Assembly: GCF_018977255.1 (NCBI RefSeq)
Contig: NW_024704743.1
Span: 20,958,001-21,022,000, forward strand
DNA length: 64,000 nucleotides
DNA from: Callorhinchus milii
Lineage: Eukaryota
Direction: 5' to 3'
Under the pieces are notes generated by a model, which worked only from the letters and a program-made list of their open reading frames with translations, was not told where the DNA came from and did no database searches. Position 1 is the first letter of the stretch. Every line of letters starts with the position of its first letter. Both the position numbers and the translations under genes were made by a program. Shown here one piece after another: positions 22,791-36,809 of the stretch.

Positions 22791-25034
22791 CAAATTATTA
22801 TTATTATTTCACAAGAGCAATAGCATTTGTAAGTAATCTTCAAATGGAAATATGATAATTGCTATTCTAAGATGCATTTTAGTTGCTGCAGCAATAAACA
22901 AATGTTATTTCCTTTCTTGTGTTCTTTCCCTGCTCTTAAGAAGGTTAAGGGTCTAAGGCAAAACTGGACTTGGCTTTCTAAGTTTTCAGGTCCTCCAAAT
23001 CAAAGTGCAGTATGTAAATACAAAGAGTAGCCAATTTGCATTGGAAACACAATTAAACTATGGAATTGATAGACATGTCTGAGTCCTGGCTCAGTTGTCT
23101 CCTTCACTGAAAAACACTGGTGATCAGCTACAGTGACCACATTAGAAAATGGAGGTTTTCAGCACAGAGTGAAGCCACATTTGTCTGTATCTGTTCTTAA
23201 ATTGCTCTTTTTATTAATCCCACTTTCGAGTTTTTCCCTCATCCCTTAATGATTTAACTTGTCATGTGCTTATCCAGTTCCCTTTTGAATGATTATATTG
23301 ATCCAGCCTCAACAACCACTTGTGCAAATAAATTCCATACCCCAACTTTGCTTGCTTTTTGCGAGCTACACTTAACTCTCTGAATGGGATCTCCTTTTGA
23401 TAGGCAGGACATGGCAATTATATGCAAACCTGAAGTGTGAGCATAGCTATTGTCTTAACAATACTCTTGATGCACCGCTAATTTAAAATCAAAGGACTGA
23501 AATCATTCTGTCTGTTCTGGTACATCAGAATAATGAATGACAGAACCTTCCATAGCAAGGCAACTTTTCTGAGATAATTATGTCTTTCCTGGCCAACTGA
23601 GTTCCTCCTATTATTCTGGAGAGAGAACAGAGTTATTTTACTGTGGCATATTAAACATTTCGGAGGGGATCTCTGATGCACATGGAGCAGATAAAAGCAA
23701 GAGGAGGCTAGGGGGGAAAAAAATGGCCTGTCAGTTAGAAAATGCATCAAGCACTATAAGTACCAATCAACACCATCTGGATGCTTGAAGCATGCAGCCA
23801 CTCTCTGAAGTTCAACCCTTCACCATAAAAACAAAAAATTCCTGCACAGGGAGCTTTTAATACAGCTGCCAATATCCCTGAAGAGAAATGACAAGTGCTT
23901 CATGATTGCAGGAGCATCAAAGCCCTCAAGTTAAGGAGATTCTCATTTAAGTTTGATTAAAATTTAAAACTATGTTATGCATTGTGAAATGGTAAACTGT
24001 TATGTATAGAATTCATCTGACATTCGCTGCTAGCGCAAATGTTGTGTTTGTGGTACTCAGAAACACAATCTCTATTCAATCACTTTCTATCACTTTCCTA
24101 CCAGAGTCTGGTTTAAAATATCCTGTGGGGGAATGCAGTATCTGATGTGATAATTATCAACAGTGGTAATGATCATTAGACAAGTTATAGTGTGTCCTTA
24201 AAAACTGCACTTGTGAACAAGGAACATTATTCTCTGCGGTGCCTGCATTGACTCAACCCTGCTTCACCAGATACTGTACTAAAATTAATCACCAGTGACA
24301 ATTATCACATCAACCACTGTTTCTCTCCCCCTCCCCTCTCCCATTTTTTCAATTTTATTTTCATTTGGGCTACTCTAAATGCAGAAGGTGCTTTAATCCC
24401 TTCCAATTTATGTGAAATAGCTTTTGCCATCAGTTCTCCATGCTATCTTGAAAATCCTATTAGGACATTTCAATCTAAAAATGTATTTTAATAATATTGT
24501 AGAATGAGTTTTGATGATTTACACTCTAATTTCGATCTGCTTGGCAAGCACGCAGACAACCTGGTCTCAAAGTCCCATCATTGCCTCTTTGAAACAGTCA
24601 CCATGAATCATGCCAGAGCAGCCTCAGGATTAATCTCCTTTAGATGTTCCTGTTTCTTTGTGAGGAAGCACTGGACACCTAACTGCATCTAATTCGCAGT
24701 GGTGTAGTATAGTAGGGATATCAACAGAGTTGGTGGGAATTGAACCCATGGACCATCATTCAATGGTGCAAAATGTTAATGCTTCTTTAAAGTTTGAATT
24801 GACATTTTGAAACTCTAAGGCTTTAAAAAATAAGAGAATTTGTTGTTAGCAGCATATTTTGGCCTGAGAGGCACACCATCCATTTAAATTGCTTTCCTCT
24901 AAATTGTTCATTTATAAAAATAATAAAATGTAGCTGCTTCTCTTTTTTGCTATGTCTCTCTTTGATATGCACAGTGCTGACATTCTGCTACAAGTTCTCC
25001 AGTGTTGCTCCTTGATCCCATAGCAGTGATCTAG

Positions 25035-26815
25035 TGGAGAAGGGTCTGCTAATGATATTGGCACCTGCCTATTCCGAAGCACAGTGCACCAGAGATTCAA
25101 TGTGCTATGTCACCTGCAATTGTAATTTTAAAAGTAAAGGCATTTATAATTACTGTGCAGGATTGTTGCAAATACGGAAACTTAAACTAGAACCAAAATA
25201 TGACAGGTTGTAATTTGGGCAAGTGGTTGTACCTGGAGTGATTGTGTAAGCAAACACGGCAGCACAATTGTGCACAGCAATGTCCCACAAACAGCCATGC
25301 AGTGAGTGACCAATTTTATTTTGGGGGGGATTGTTGGCCAGGACCCTAGGAGAACTGTTTACTGTCATTTATGGAGTCCTACTGTAGCTCAGTGGTTAGA
25401 GCACTCACTTTGCAAGCGAGAGACCTGGGTTCAATTCCCGGCAGGGTGAAACCTTGGGCAAGTTTCCTTACTCCACATGCCTGATAATAATCCCTCAAAA
25501 AAAACAATAATAAATTGATCATTTTCAATCCACGACTGCTTGTGGGACACTGCTGTGCGCAATTGGCTGCCGCATTTCGCATACAAATATACAGTCAATT
25601 CATTTTACAGTCTATTCTGTGAAGTGCTTTGAGACATCTAGAAGACATGAAAAGCACTATATCAAATGCAAGGATTATTATTATTATTGAGCCCCTGGGT
25701 TCAGCACTTTTTGAAAAGCTGCCAGCAACTTCATTGGACCATGGGATTCGACTGAGGAGAGACAACCATCTTAACTCAACACATAAATCAAGTTAAAGCT
25801 GGCATCCTGCTTGTTAATGCAATCAGAAAATTGCCAAGTGCAAAGCAGCTGTGGGCATCATCAGAAGGGTGGTTCTTGAGATGGAACGTTAAATGGAGGT
25901 CCAGCCTACCCATTGAGATGGATATGCCACTATTTAAAAAGAAAAGGGAGTTTCTTCCAGTGTCTAACAAGCCCCAGGTAAAATTGATCATTCACTTCAT
26001 GGCTATTGTGGGACAATGCTGTGCGCAAATTGGTTACGGCAGTCATCCATAAATAATGATAATCCTTGTATTCAGTATAGTGCCTGATCACTCCCCAATC
26101 CATCACCCGGCACATCTGGCACCGGCCTCCTACTTGTCCCTAACATCCTCCGCTCCACCATTGGAGGTCGTGCTTTGAGCCACTACTCCCCGAAACTCTG
26201 GAACACTCTCCTCAATCCCTCTGCCTTGCTGCCTCATTCCCCTTTTTCCAGTCCCACCTGAAAACTTTCCTTTTCGACCACTTCTTATGGTCACCTGCCC
26301 CCTACTCCTGCCTCACAGTCAGGCTCCACCGCTGTTAAGAGCTCTGAGACTCTACTGTGTGTGGAGGGAGCTATACAAGTGCAAGTTATTGTTGTTATCA
26401 CGTCAGAAGGACGTCTCAAAGCGCTTCAAAGCATTGTCATGGAGTGACTGTATATTTTTGTAGATAAATGCAGCAGCAGAATTGCACAATTGCATAAAGC
26501 AATGTCGCATAAGCAGCCATGAAATAAATAACCAATATTATTTGGGCAGGAGACGGGGAGAACTCCCTTCTCTTTTCGAATTGTGCCATGGGATCTTTTA
26601 ACATCCACCGGATCAAGCAGACGGGGCCTCGGTTTAATAATAAAAATAATCCTTGCATTTGATATAGTGCATTATCATGTCTTTGAGACGACTCAAAGTG
26701 CTTCACAGAATATACTGTAAAGTGAATTGACTGTATATTTTGTGGGTGAAATGCAGTAGCCAATTGCACACAGCTATTTCCTCCAAACAGTCATGGATTG
26801 AAGTGACCAATTTAT
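25035..26815 (+). repeat. Local duplication, copy 2 (paralog 13984-14962)
   Basis: See copy 1; carries an extra SINE (25371-25690) and about 380 bp (25950-26330) absent from copy 1. Confidence 0.9.
25371..25690 (+). mobile_element. Family B SINE, short form
   Basis: A box tagctcagtgg, ttgca anticodon-like loop (tRNA-Ala-like), B box ggttcaattcc, ccttgggcaagt, (att)n tail. Confidence 0.92.
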
Positions 26816-27000
26816 TTTTTTTGAAGGAATTATTACCACCAGAAAAGCGATCTGTCAATTGACTAACAACCGGATTCCTACTTACTGCTAGGTAAGCAGA
26901 GACATGTGGAGTAAGGAAACTTGCCCAACATTTTGCCCTGTTGAGAATCGAACCCAGGACTTTGGCTTGCGAGTGCTCTAACCACTGAGTTACAGAACTC
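26636..27000 (-). mobile_element. Family B SINE (long form) nested in a family A SINE (26395-26635 and 27001-27160)
   Basis: Deu core ggggcctcggtttaa is interrupted and resumes as tttaacatctcatctgaaag; tttaa is duplicated. Confidence 0.88.
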
Positions 27001-27902
27001 TTTAACATCTCATCTGAAAGAAGACACCTCTGATAATGTAACAGCTGCCCCTCCCAACACTGCATTAAGGTGTCATCTATGTGAGTACAAGTGCTGACGT
27101 GAGATTTGAACCCACAACCTTTTGACTCAGAAGTGAGAATGCTACCACTGAGCCAAGCTCACACACACACAAATATGCAGACCGAACACTTTACAGAAGT
27201 GTTGTGGTAAGCTGGACAACAGATGCCTGCACAGCCAGAGGAGCGGATGAGAAAGTCGGGTTCAAGTGCAAGGTATTTGGGGTGCTGAATCTTAGTTATG
27301 GGCAACCTGCAGATCACTCTATAGAGGACAGAGCTGGTCCTTTGGATAAGCCCCCAGCAAGTTCCCCCAGAGAAGGCAGGACTCTACCCAGGAATCTTTT
27401 TACCACCTACTCTCAGCCCAAAGGCAGGCTCACAGTAACTCGCAGTACAGTTCGTCCCGATAAGCAATCAGGCTCCAAACACTTTGTCAGACTGTATAAT
27501 TCCAGTAAGTGTCTACGGAACAGGGTCAATGTCAGCTCAAGGTCTCTAACCCCTTTGGGTTTTGAACTTATACCCTTCTGAGCTAGAGGTGAAAATGCTA
27601 CCCATTATGCCAAACTGACACCAATAATAGATTCATGAGGCATGATCTGTTATTTGCAATAGAATGCTGCAAGAAATAATTGGACTTTTATAACCCAGCT
27701 CCTACTGGGCATGGATCCAGGGTGCAAATTGATATATTAATTGGTTGTCTCACATAAGGCCATAAGAATCATTGGCATGGAGAGTGGAAATTCATACGGA
27801 TGTCGGGGAAAGTTCTGTTGAGAGGTTTAGATTAAGCTACAGTACATTGTTGCATTGTTGGAGCAAAGGCTTTAATTTTCAACTGGAGTATATAACAGTC
27901 CT

Positions 27903-28217
27903 GTGGAGTCCTGTACCTCAGTGGTTAGAGCACTCGATTTGCAAGTGTGAGACATGGGTTTGATTCCCGGCAGGGTGAAACCTTGGGCAAGTTTCCTTAC
28001 TCCACAACCCTGATAATAATCCCTCAAAAAAAATGATAATAAATTGGTTATTTCAATCCACGACTGTTTGTGGGATACTGCCATGCACAGTTGGCTGCTG
28101 CATTTTGCCCACAAATATACAGTCAATTCACTTTACAGTCTGTTCTGTGAAACGCTTTAAGACATCTAGAAGATGGAAAAAGCGCTATATCAAATGCAAG
28201 GATTATTATTATTATTA
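27903..28217 (+). mobile_element. Family B SINE, short form
   Basis: Same architecture as 25371-25690. Confidence 0.92.
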
Positions 28218-29929
28218 CTTTACCCAAGAATCATTGGATTCAAAAGTGAAACACTATTCCATTCTTAAGTGCACTAATATTGTTTATTTGATAAGGACAA
28301 ATATTCATAAAATCTAAACAAGGGGTGTGGCTGAAAAAAAATTATTTACTGTATTCAAAGACAGTTCTTGGGACACAGCCAAATAAGAAATGAGTACAAA
28401 TATTTGAATAAAGCTACAGAAATAAGAGAGCATTAATAAAACAAATCCACAGAAATGGTGTTAGAAACAGAATACGCAGTGGATTATTGCAGAATACCAT
28501 GTTATTCCATTTACAAGAAAGGTTTTTGTAACTCGCATGCAACACAAATTATATAGTTTTATTTATACATAGGATAAAAGCAGCATTGTACAGTTGCTCA
28601 TTAAATAACCCTCTAACCATATTTTCCTTTCATTATGAACATGTTAAAGCATTTCAGTTTGTCTTAAGTAGTGGTATGGAAAGCTTTTTGCCCCTGGTTT
28701 GTAATTTATGGTGAAGTATCACATGGTGAGAAAAAACCATGATGGTAAATGACTGTGATACACAATATTTAATTAGTGATGACTGTGGTACACAATATTT
28801 TGGAGCCTTTCCTGCCCAGAACAGGGGAGATCCTTTTTTAAATTGTTTCTCTGAATAAGATTTTTTTCTTAGGAAAAAAAACGAACTGGAAAAACTGTAT
28901 GTCAGTATAACAGATGGCTAGCATTCTGTATTTCATTATTGGTTGTGTGAATGTCAACGCAACTGCTCTGGTGAATTACTTTAAAGATCAATGTTGTAAG
29001 CTGACAAATTAGAAGAAAATAGTTGACATAATCTTTTTTAAACCTCTGAGGAAAACAATAAATAATCTAAAAAATATAGATATAGAATGGTTTAATAAAT
29101 GTCAGCAGCCACATTCAATATGTCTTTACTCAAATATTTTTAGAGTAAATAATGTGCGATGTGCAGCACAAAGCTGTCATCATGAACTTGGTAAAATTCA
29201 ACTCAATGAGTTTAACAACCGACAGCTCAGTAAGATGCTAACCCGTTTAGCACTTCAGAAACTTAAGAGACAATTACTATACGTTTTCAAGAATGAGGGA
29301 GAAAGAAAAACAGATTTATTGAGAGTCTCCCCATTTTTTTTCTGCAAGTGTATGATTCAGTTGGGCACAGCAGCATGCAAGCAATCTCCTGACGTCCTCT
29401 CAGAAAATAATATCAAATAGGAATGAAAAAGGTCATCATTCCATTTGTCCCCAGTTACTTCCAGTTAAGATCCACTAACAAGACTTGTAGACAGTTTTCA
29501 TCCTCCTTCTAACTTAGCATCATACTCTTATTCCATTCTTCCCCATTGAATCAGGAATCTGTTTGCTTCTCCTTTAGTGTTCCAATTGACTGCATATACT
29601 CCACACTCAGTGGCAGTCCATTCTATAACTATGCACTGCCATTTGACAAACCAGGCAGTTAAGTGCCTTGGGATGACTCCCCAATGTGAAAGGCACAATA
29701 TAAATGTAAATTTATATTGAATTGATGAAAACTGTGCAGTTTAAACACAGTTTTGAGAGCTGAGAACCTGATCAACAAAGGTGATGCAAAACCACTTCAG
29801 GAAGTAGCGTCACATTTATTCCGAACATTGTTCTGTAATTCTGGTCTGACAGCGCACAAATCAAAGGTAACTTTAAAATGTGAAAAAAGTGGTAAGTATA
29901 AAGGTTCCTTGGTGGTCGTTCAAATGCAC

Positions 29930-30360
29930 CATTCAAACGCCTGCTCACTGGACTCTCCAGCTCCCCATTCAAAACTCTGCAGCCCATGTCCTCAATTATA
30001 CCAGGTTCGGTGAACCGATTACCCTCATCCTCGCTCGGCTCCACAAACTCCCTATCTACAGTGGATAAAATTCAAGATTCTCATCCTCATGTACAAATCC
30101 CTCCACAGCCTGGCTCATCCTACCTCTGTGACCTCCTGTAACCCTACCACCTCTGGCCCTTCCATCGCTCAGCATCAATGGCCGAGCTTTCAGCTATTTT
30201 GCCCCTGCTCTCTGAAACTGCATCCCAGAATCCCTTCAGCTCACCATTTCCTCACCATCTTTGAAGCCAGCCTTAAGAGTGATTGCACTTTTGGTTACCT
30301 TCCATATCCCACCTCCCCCACCTCCCACTCCCTCCTCAGCTCAATTCAGAGATCAGTGGT
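29930..30360 (+). mobile_element. Old L2 3' relic
   Basis: LQLPIQNSAAHVL..TR..EPITLILARLH.LPI; YKSLHSLA. Confidence 0.8.
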
Positions 30361-30619
30361 TTTAACTCTAACACCTCTGTCTCTTCAGGCCAAGCAATTA
30401 TTTTAACTCATGCAGGGGAACCCTGAAAACAATAGTGATATTCAATGCTGGAACACTCGAAAATTAGGAATAGCTACAAAATTATAAGCAACTAAAATAA
30501 GTGTCGAAAACAAAATAGATCAAAAAGAGGGCAGATATCTAAATCAAGAGCACAAAGATCCCAGAAACCTCAAATAGCAACAGCAGGCAACCAGAGAGGA
30601 AGATGAAAGGGGTGAAGGG

Positions 30620-30830
30620 TAAAATTAGACCCTTCTACATAAATGTTGGAAGCATTCAAAGTAAATAGTGGAACTACGGCCAATGGTGGCAATCGGTAAT
30701 TATGATGTGGAATCTGAGGCGCAAATCAGAATGATGGAAGTGACTATAACATATCAAGATACAGGTTATTCTACAAAGATAGGAATGGTTGGACAGGTGG
30801 AGGGACTTCCATATATGTAAGGGATACCTG
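30620..30830 (+). mobile_element. Old CR1 endonuclease N-terminal relic
   Basis: Reads approximately FYINVGSIQSK...NYDV...YNISRYRLFYKDRNGWTGGGTSIYVRD. Confidence 0.65.
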
Positions 30831-31654
30831 GGAGATTAAGATAGTTGAGCTAAAGCATATGTTTACTCTTTGGGATGTTGTTGCATCAATAGAGCTGCTA
30901 ATTTGTTTGCAAATTGGAAGTCTGTATGTTCTATTACAGATTCAAAATTAAGAGTCAGATAAAAATAATCCTTGCATTTGGTAAAGTGACTTTCATGTTA
31001 GGAGACATTCCAAAACACTTGACAGGATTTACTGTATAGTGGAGTGACTGTGTATTTGTAGGCAAATATTGTCAGGCTGATATCTACAGTCAGCACCTGT
31101 CACTTGATAATCTTGCAAAATGGTTGGCTGTATATATACGTTTCAAATGTGACTTGGCTTTACACCAAGGGTTAAACTGGAGAAGGTGCAGAGGTAGTTG
31201 GCGCTGCCTGGAATGAAGCTACAGTTCCCTACTCCTTTTAAAATCAATATTTATTTAATTTTGGAAGAAAGAAACAAACACAATATACTTGAGAGATTAG
31301 CAACTCCATCTAATTTATTGACAAATGCAAATACACTCTCAGTATCGATAATGCTGGGCAACAACCATATGAAATTCAAAGAGTCTTTATATTACCTTTG
31401 TAACACCTGCATTTATAATCACCTGAGCAAAGGATATCAGGTAATGTGTCTACTGTGCTCCTACAATACTACTACTACTAATAATAATAAAATAATGCAA
31501 CAGCAACAAATTGCATTTATATAGTACCTTTCATGTTTCAAGGAGGTAGACAGTCAAGGGTTTGCATCCAAGCTGGGGTTGGATTCGAGAAGGGGTGGGG
31601 TCCAAGGAAGGTGGGTGTGAGAAGATGACCAAAAGTGCAGTCAAAGAGGAAGGT

Positions 31655-32057
31655 CTTAATAATCCTTACATTCTGTTCCAAAGCATTTCACAGGATATAC
31701 TGTAAAGTTAGTGATTGTGGGTTTTGTGCATGAACAGCCAATTTACACACAGGAATGTCCAACAAACAGCCATAAAGTGAATAACCAATTTTGTTTGGGG
31801 TTTTTGACCAGGACACCAGGATAAAAACCTTTTCTTTATCAAATCATACCATAAGATCGTTAACATACCCCTGAAGAGGGAGATAGGGCATTGGTTTAAC
31901 ATCACATCCAAAGAACAGCACTTCCAACAATGCAGCACCTCCCAGTTCTACATTGGAGTGTCAGGCTGGATGATAGGAGTTCCAAGTCCCAACTACGAGG
32001 TTTGAACCCACAACCTCTGATTCGGAGGCAAGAGTGTTACCAACTGAGCCAGGCTCA
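31655..32057 (-). mobile_element. Family A Deu SINE, near full length
   Basis: Head tttgaacccacaacctctgattcggaggcaagagtgttaccaactgagccaggct; Deu core. Confidence 0.85.
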
Positions 32058-32714
32058 CAAACACAATACACTTCAGCTTACATAGTCCTATTAAGAGTGA
32101 AGCGTATTTGTTTTGGAATACACAGATAATGACTCTGCCTCTTCTGTCTATTTGACCTGAAAAGATTTGTGTGGTTTCAGAAATTCAGTGGTTTGCAAAA
32201 TGTTCATGATTGATTCCTGGAAGGCAGTAAAATTAGGATCCACATTCCCATCCCAAAACAAGTTTCGTGCAGCTTCCTCATCACTAGCTTCTGCAAATAG
32301 AACCCAAACCCAGTACATAAATCCTCACAAGTCTCACTACAGTAGATAGATCATATATATATCATAAAAGAAATCAGAGCATGGTTGCACACTGGGCATT
32401 ATCAGTGCCGGAATGCTCTCAGATCTAGAAAAATAAATACATTTATTTTCTCTAGACCCTCTTTCCTTCTGCACATCCCTCGTCCCCTTCGCTCCAAGAT
32501 CAGCAGCCATGCTTTCAGTCACTAAGCCCCCAGACTCTGGAACTCCTTGCCTCAATCCCTCCATCTTGTCCCCTCTTTGCCTGTCTTCAATTTGCACCTG
32601 AAGATCTTCCTCTTCGACTGTTATATGGTCATCTCCCTTTCTCCCTGGATCAGCATCAAGCTCCAACATTGTTCTCTGAGATGCTACCCTGTATGAAGGC
32701 CACTATATGTCACT

Positions 32715-33722
32715 ACATATCATCCACAGACATGGGGTCAACTTCCACATGTATGAGGATGACACCCAAATTTACCTCTCTGCCTTCACTCTTGACTGCA
32801 GACCACTGCTGTCCTGACAGAATGTCTGTCAGACATCAAGTCCTGGATGAGAGCTAACTTTCTTCAGCTGAACGTCAACAAGACCGAGGCTCTCCTGATT
32901 GGCTCCCGTCAGCGCCTCCTCACCTCAGGCACTGATAGCATCACCATCCATGGATGCACACTCCACCTCACTAAGCCAGTCCAGAACCTTGGGGTCTTGT
33001 TTAACCCTCAACTATCCTTTCTACCCCACATCTGCGCAATGACTCACTCTGCCTTCCCCCACCTCCGCAACATCGCTCGGCTCCGCCACTGTCTCACACC
33101 ACAGGCCACTGAAACCCTTGTACACGCATTCATAACATTGAGGCTTGACTATGCAAACTCCTTGCATGTCAGCCTCCCCAACTCCTAACTCCATAGGTTG
33201 CAGATCATCCAGAACTCTGCAGCCCATGTCCTCTCCCGCAACAGGCTTCGTGACCCTATCAACCCCATCCTCGCCTGACTCCACTGGCTTCCCATCACAC
33301 AGAGGATACAGTTCAAAATCCTCTTCCTCACCTTCAAAGCCCTCCATGGCCTTGCTCCCCCCTACTTCTGCAACCTCCTAATCTTCTAGCATCCTGCCCG
33401 CTCCCTCCGCTCAGCAGGCTCTGACCTGCTTCATGTCCCCACCTCACCCACCCCACCATTGGTGGGCGGGCCTTCAGCCACTCTGCCCCCAACCTCTGGA
33501 ACTCCAGCCCACAGTCCCTCCACCTCACCCCCTTCCTTGCTTCCTTAAAGACCCATCTCAAGACCCTCCTCTTTGATCGTGTTTTGATCACTCTGATTCC
33601 CCCAGCCTTCCACCCTCCGCAATCCTGACCCCCAGCTCGGGTCCGTAACATTGACTGTCCAGAACCTTGGGGCATCCTCCTGTCGTGAAAGGCATTATAC
33701 AAATGTAATTTTGTTGTTGTTG
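32715..33722 (+). mobile_element. L2 LINE, intermediate age, YxDD to (ttg)n tail
   Basis: [40 protein letters not shown]; stops present. Confidence 0.92.
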
Positions 33723-33789
33723 TGTTTCACTCATCTAACATTGTTCTTGGCAGCCATGCATTTGTGTCATATAGTGATCCATGATCTTT

Positions 33790-34200
33790 ACGATTTTCTT
33801 TGGTCAATTTAAGACAACTCAGAATTCTGGGATTGTTTATGTTGGGGAGACCAGTGAGAGAAGGGCATTGGAAATATCGAGCAGGATGGTGAGAAAAGTA
33901 TGATTGGGGCTTTCAGCTGCATTGGGTGTGAGATATGCCCAGAGGAGGGCAATGAAGCAGTGATAGAGGAAAGCCGTCCTGATCGGGCATTGGATGTGGG
34001 GTAGAAAGGACAGCTGGGGATCAAACCTAATGCCTGGGTTACACAAAGTGTCAGTTAGTCTGAGGGATAGACCAGGGAGATTAAGCAAGTCAGAGCCACA
34101 GGTAAGAAGATGTTGATGGGAGAATAGGTTCCATATTGTCTACATTTAGCTGCAGAAAGTTTGCGGCCAGGCCTTGATGTTGGTCTAACAAGCAAGAGGA
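33790..34200 (-). mobile_element. Old L2 relic
   Basis: CNPGIRFDPQLSFLPHI. Confidence 0.7.
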
Positions 34201-35144
34201 CAGAACATTGATTAGGGTTGCAACTAGTGGAAAAGTCGATTTGGGTTTTGGGTAGATTCAGAGAAAATGGGAAAAGAATCTAGGCGGAAAAGATCAGGAA
34301 ACACGGGGAGGTGCATTTCAATTATTTACAATGCAAACAACTTGATTTGCTTTCTGACTCTGCAAAATGGGAACATCATCTACCTCAGGCAAATAGTGAT
34401 TTAACACCAGCGCAGAAAGAAACATAAGCTCAGTTGTCTGTACATATCCAGGGATGTGATAGAAATGCCGATAACTGGATGAAGATGAAAGTAGATGCAG
34501 GGAAAAGCAAATATCAGATACGTAAGACTGCCAAGTAATACTTGGAAACAACAAACCTTGTCTCAGAGCCCTGGACTGGCAGAAACACCAATGTGTCCTA
34601 TAAATTCTGTCCTTGGCATCCTTCTGTCATATGTAAAAGAGGCTCAATAAATTCAAGCACAAAAACACAATAAACCTAAGCAGACCAGCGGTAGAATTGA
34701 ATCCTTACCAAATTGTTAAAACAAAAATAATGATATAATTTTAAAAGCTTGTCAATCATAACGTCATATAGCAATTTAATATGAGAGCAATATCCAGAGA
34801 CATTGGAAGGCACAAGAATCAATTTGGGCTGTGATCATGTAAACGAGCACTACTTTCAGTAGTTCTTTGCATTCAATTTTAATGTGAAGCACTAATCTCT
34901 ATTCCTGATGCAGTCTGAGCTAAAACAGCATCACATGGAAGCTATACTCAGCTCTGGGGTATACTACTCTCATTAATGCTAGTTTGGTTGCTAGTCTGAG
35001 GCTACCTTGGGTTAAGAGCTGAGATCTCATGAATCAATGGGGCTCCCTACTGAAAAAAGAATTTACATCGCAAAGCAATTTTTCTGCCAGGCACCAGTTG
35101 CATTACCACTTAGCTTAAGAAAGCTTTTGAACACCATTAATATT

Positions 35145-35260
35145 TAGAATCATAGAAATTTATAGCACAGAAAGAGGGCATTTGGGCCACCGTGCATGTG
35201 CTAGTGCTCTGAAATAGCTATCCATTTAGTCCCATTCCTCTGCTGCATCCCTATATCCTT
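35145..35260 (-). mobile_element. CR1-type 3' tail
   Basis: tagaatcatagaaatttatagcacagaaagagggcattt; similar to 10955 and 36228-36330. Confidence 0.75.
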
Positions 35261-36809
35261 TTATATTTCTATTTTTTGCAAGGACTCTGGGACGCAATCC
35301 CGCATGAAGGTTGCTATATAAATGCAAGTTGTTGTTGTATTCAGTACCCAAATTCAAATAGTAATAAGAATCCTTCCATTTGATGTAGTGCCTTATCACG
35401 TTGCCGAGATGCCTCGAAGCACTTCACAGAATATACTGTAAAGTGCAGAAATTGTGTCATTTTGTGGGCGAAACAGGGCAGCCAATTGCGCACAGCAATG
35501 TCCCACACACAGTCGTGGAGTGAGTGACCAAAAGTAATGCCAGATCAGGCATATAGGATAGGTTAGCAATTAGATGCATAAAAATTAACAATGCGTAATA
35601 TAAGAAATGGGTTGAGGAAAAGATCCCATAAATTGAACAGATAAAGGAAAATGTTTAATATTCATAGTAATTCTCTTATAATCTTTATTATGGTTCTGTT
35701 AACAATTCTTCATCACAAAAAAATAACAAACATACAGGAATAAGACATTTAAAATGAGTTGTTAACTTGGACTTTAGTAAATCCTTTTAGAACTATTTTA
35801 ATTATAATAATCCTTGCTTTTGATATAGCGTCTGAAAATGTCATCAAAGCATCTGAAATGACTTCAGATGATTTTAATGTAAAGTGTATTTGTAGGGAAA
35901 TTTTATTCATTTCAAAATGTATTTTTTCGACGCCTTTTTCAAAACTAATCATTACAATTGCAAAAGTAAATATATTTGGAGTCATTTTATAGTTCCAAAT
36001 ATAAACCACAATTGATGCAAACACTATTATAAATTCCAATTGACACAGTTAAAGAAATAACTCATAGGATATATTAAAGATTAATCTATAGGGCATATAT
36101 TAAAGAACATGCTATATAACAGATCAATTGAGTGCTATTCACACAACCCAGCCTGCTGGACCAATTTGATTCTCATGTTCAAGAAAAGTTCTTCTATGTA
36201 TAGTGGAATTGTAGGTATTTTAAAATTATAGAATCTTGCAGCACAGAAGGAAGCTATTCATCTAATTGTACCTGTGCCGGCTCCTTGAAAGAGCAATCCA
36301 TTTGGTCCCACTCCCCTGCCTTTTCTCTGTACTATTTCAATACATTTTCTTTTCACATCAGCTAGCATAGTTTTGAGCCTCAGGTAAAACTCAGCGGAAA
36401 CAGCATTGAAAATATGAGATTTATGGACATTTAGAGCTTCAGGTTGTTCTTTAACTAGATTATGTTAAATAGGATACCTTCTGTTTGACAGGCTCCCCTG
36501 GGCTCGTTCCACCAAAATCAAGAGAGGTATGTCTGCCAACACAAAAATGAGAGTCAGGCTCTATGAAAAATTGCTATTCTTCAGAATAAACAAGTAGTTT
36601 TTTTTGATAAGTAATAATTCCTGCATTTGCATTTGATAACAATTTTTGCATTTGATACAACTCCTTATCGTGTCGTCAGAATGCCCCAAAGCTCTTCACG
36701 GGATTTTACTGTCAAGTGCAGTGACTGTGCATTTTGTAAGCAAACACGGCAACCAATTTACGCACAGCAATGCCTCACAAACAGCCATAAAGTGAATGAC
36801 CAATTTTAT

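Noticed and set aside
27204..27581. 125-aa ORF
   Set aside because: No recognisable domain or splice signals, non-ATG start, and it runs into a minus-strand SINE-like head.
28749..28800. Two copies of atgactgtg.tacacaatattt, 30 bp apart
   Set aside because: Simple two-unit local duplication with no further structure; likewise gaaaagttgatag twice near 47680.
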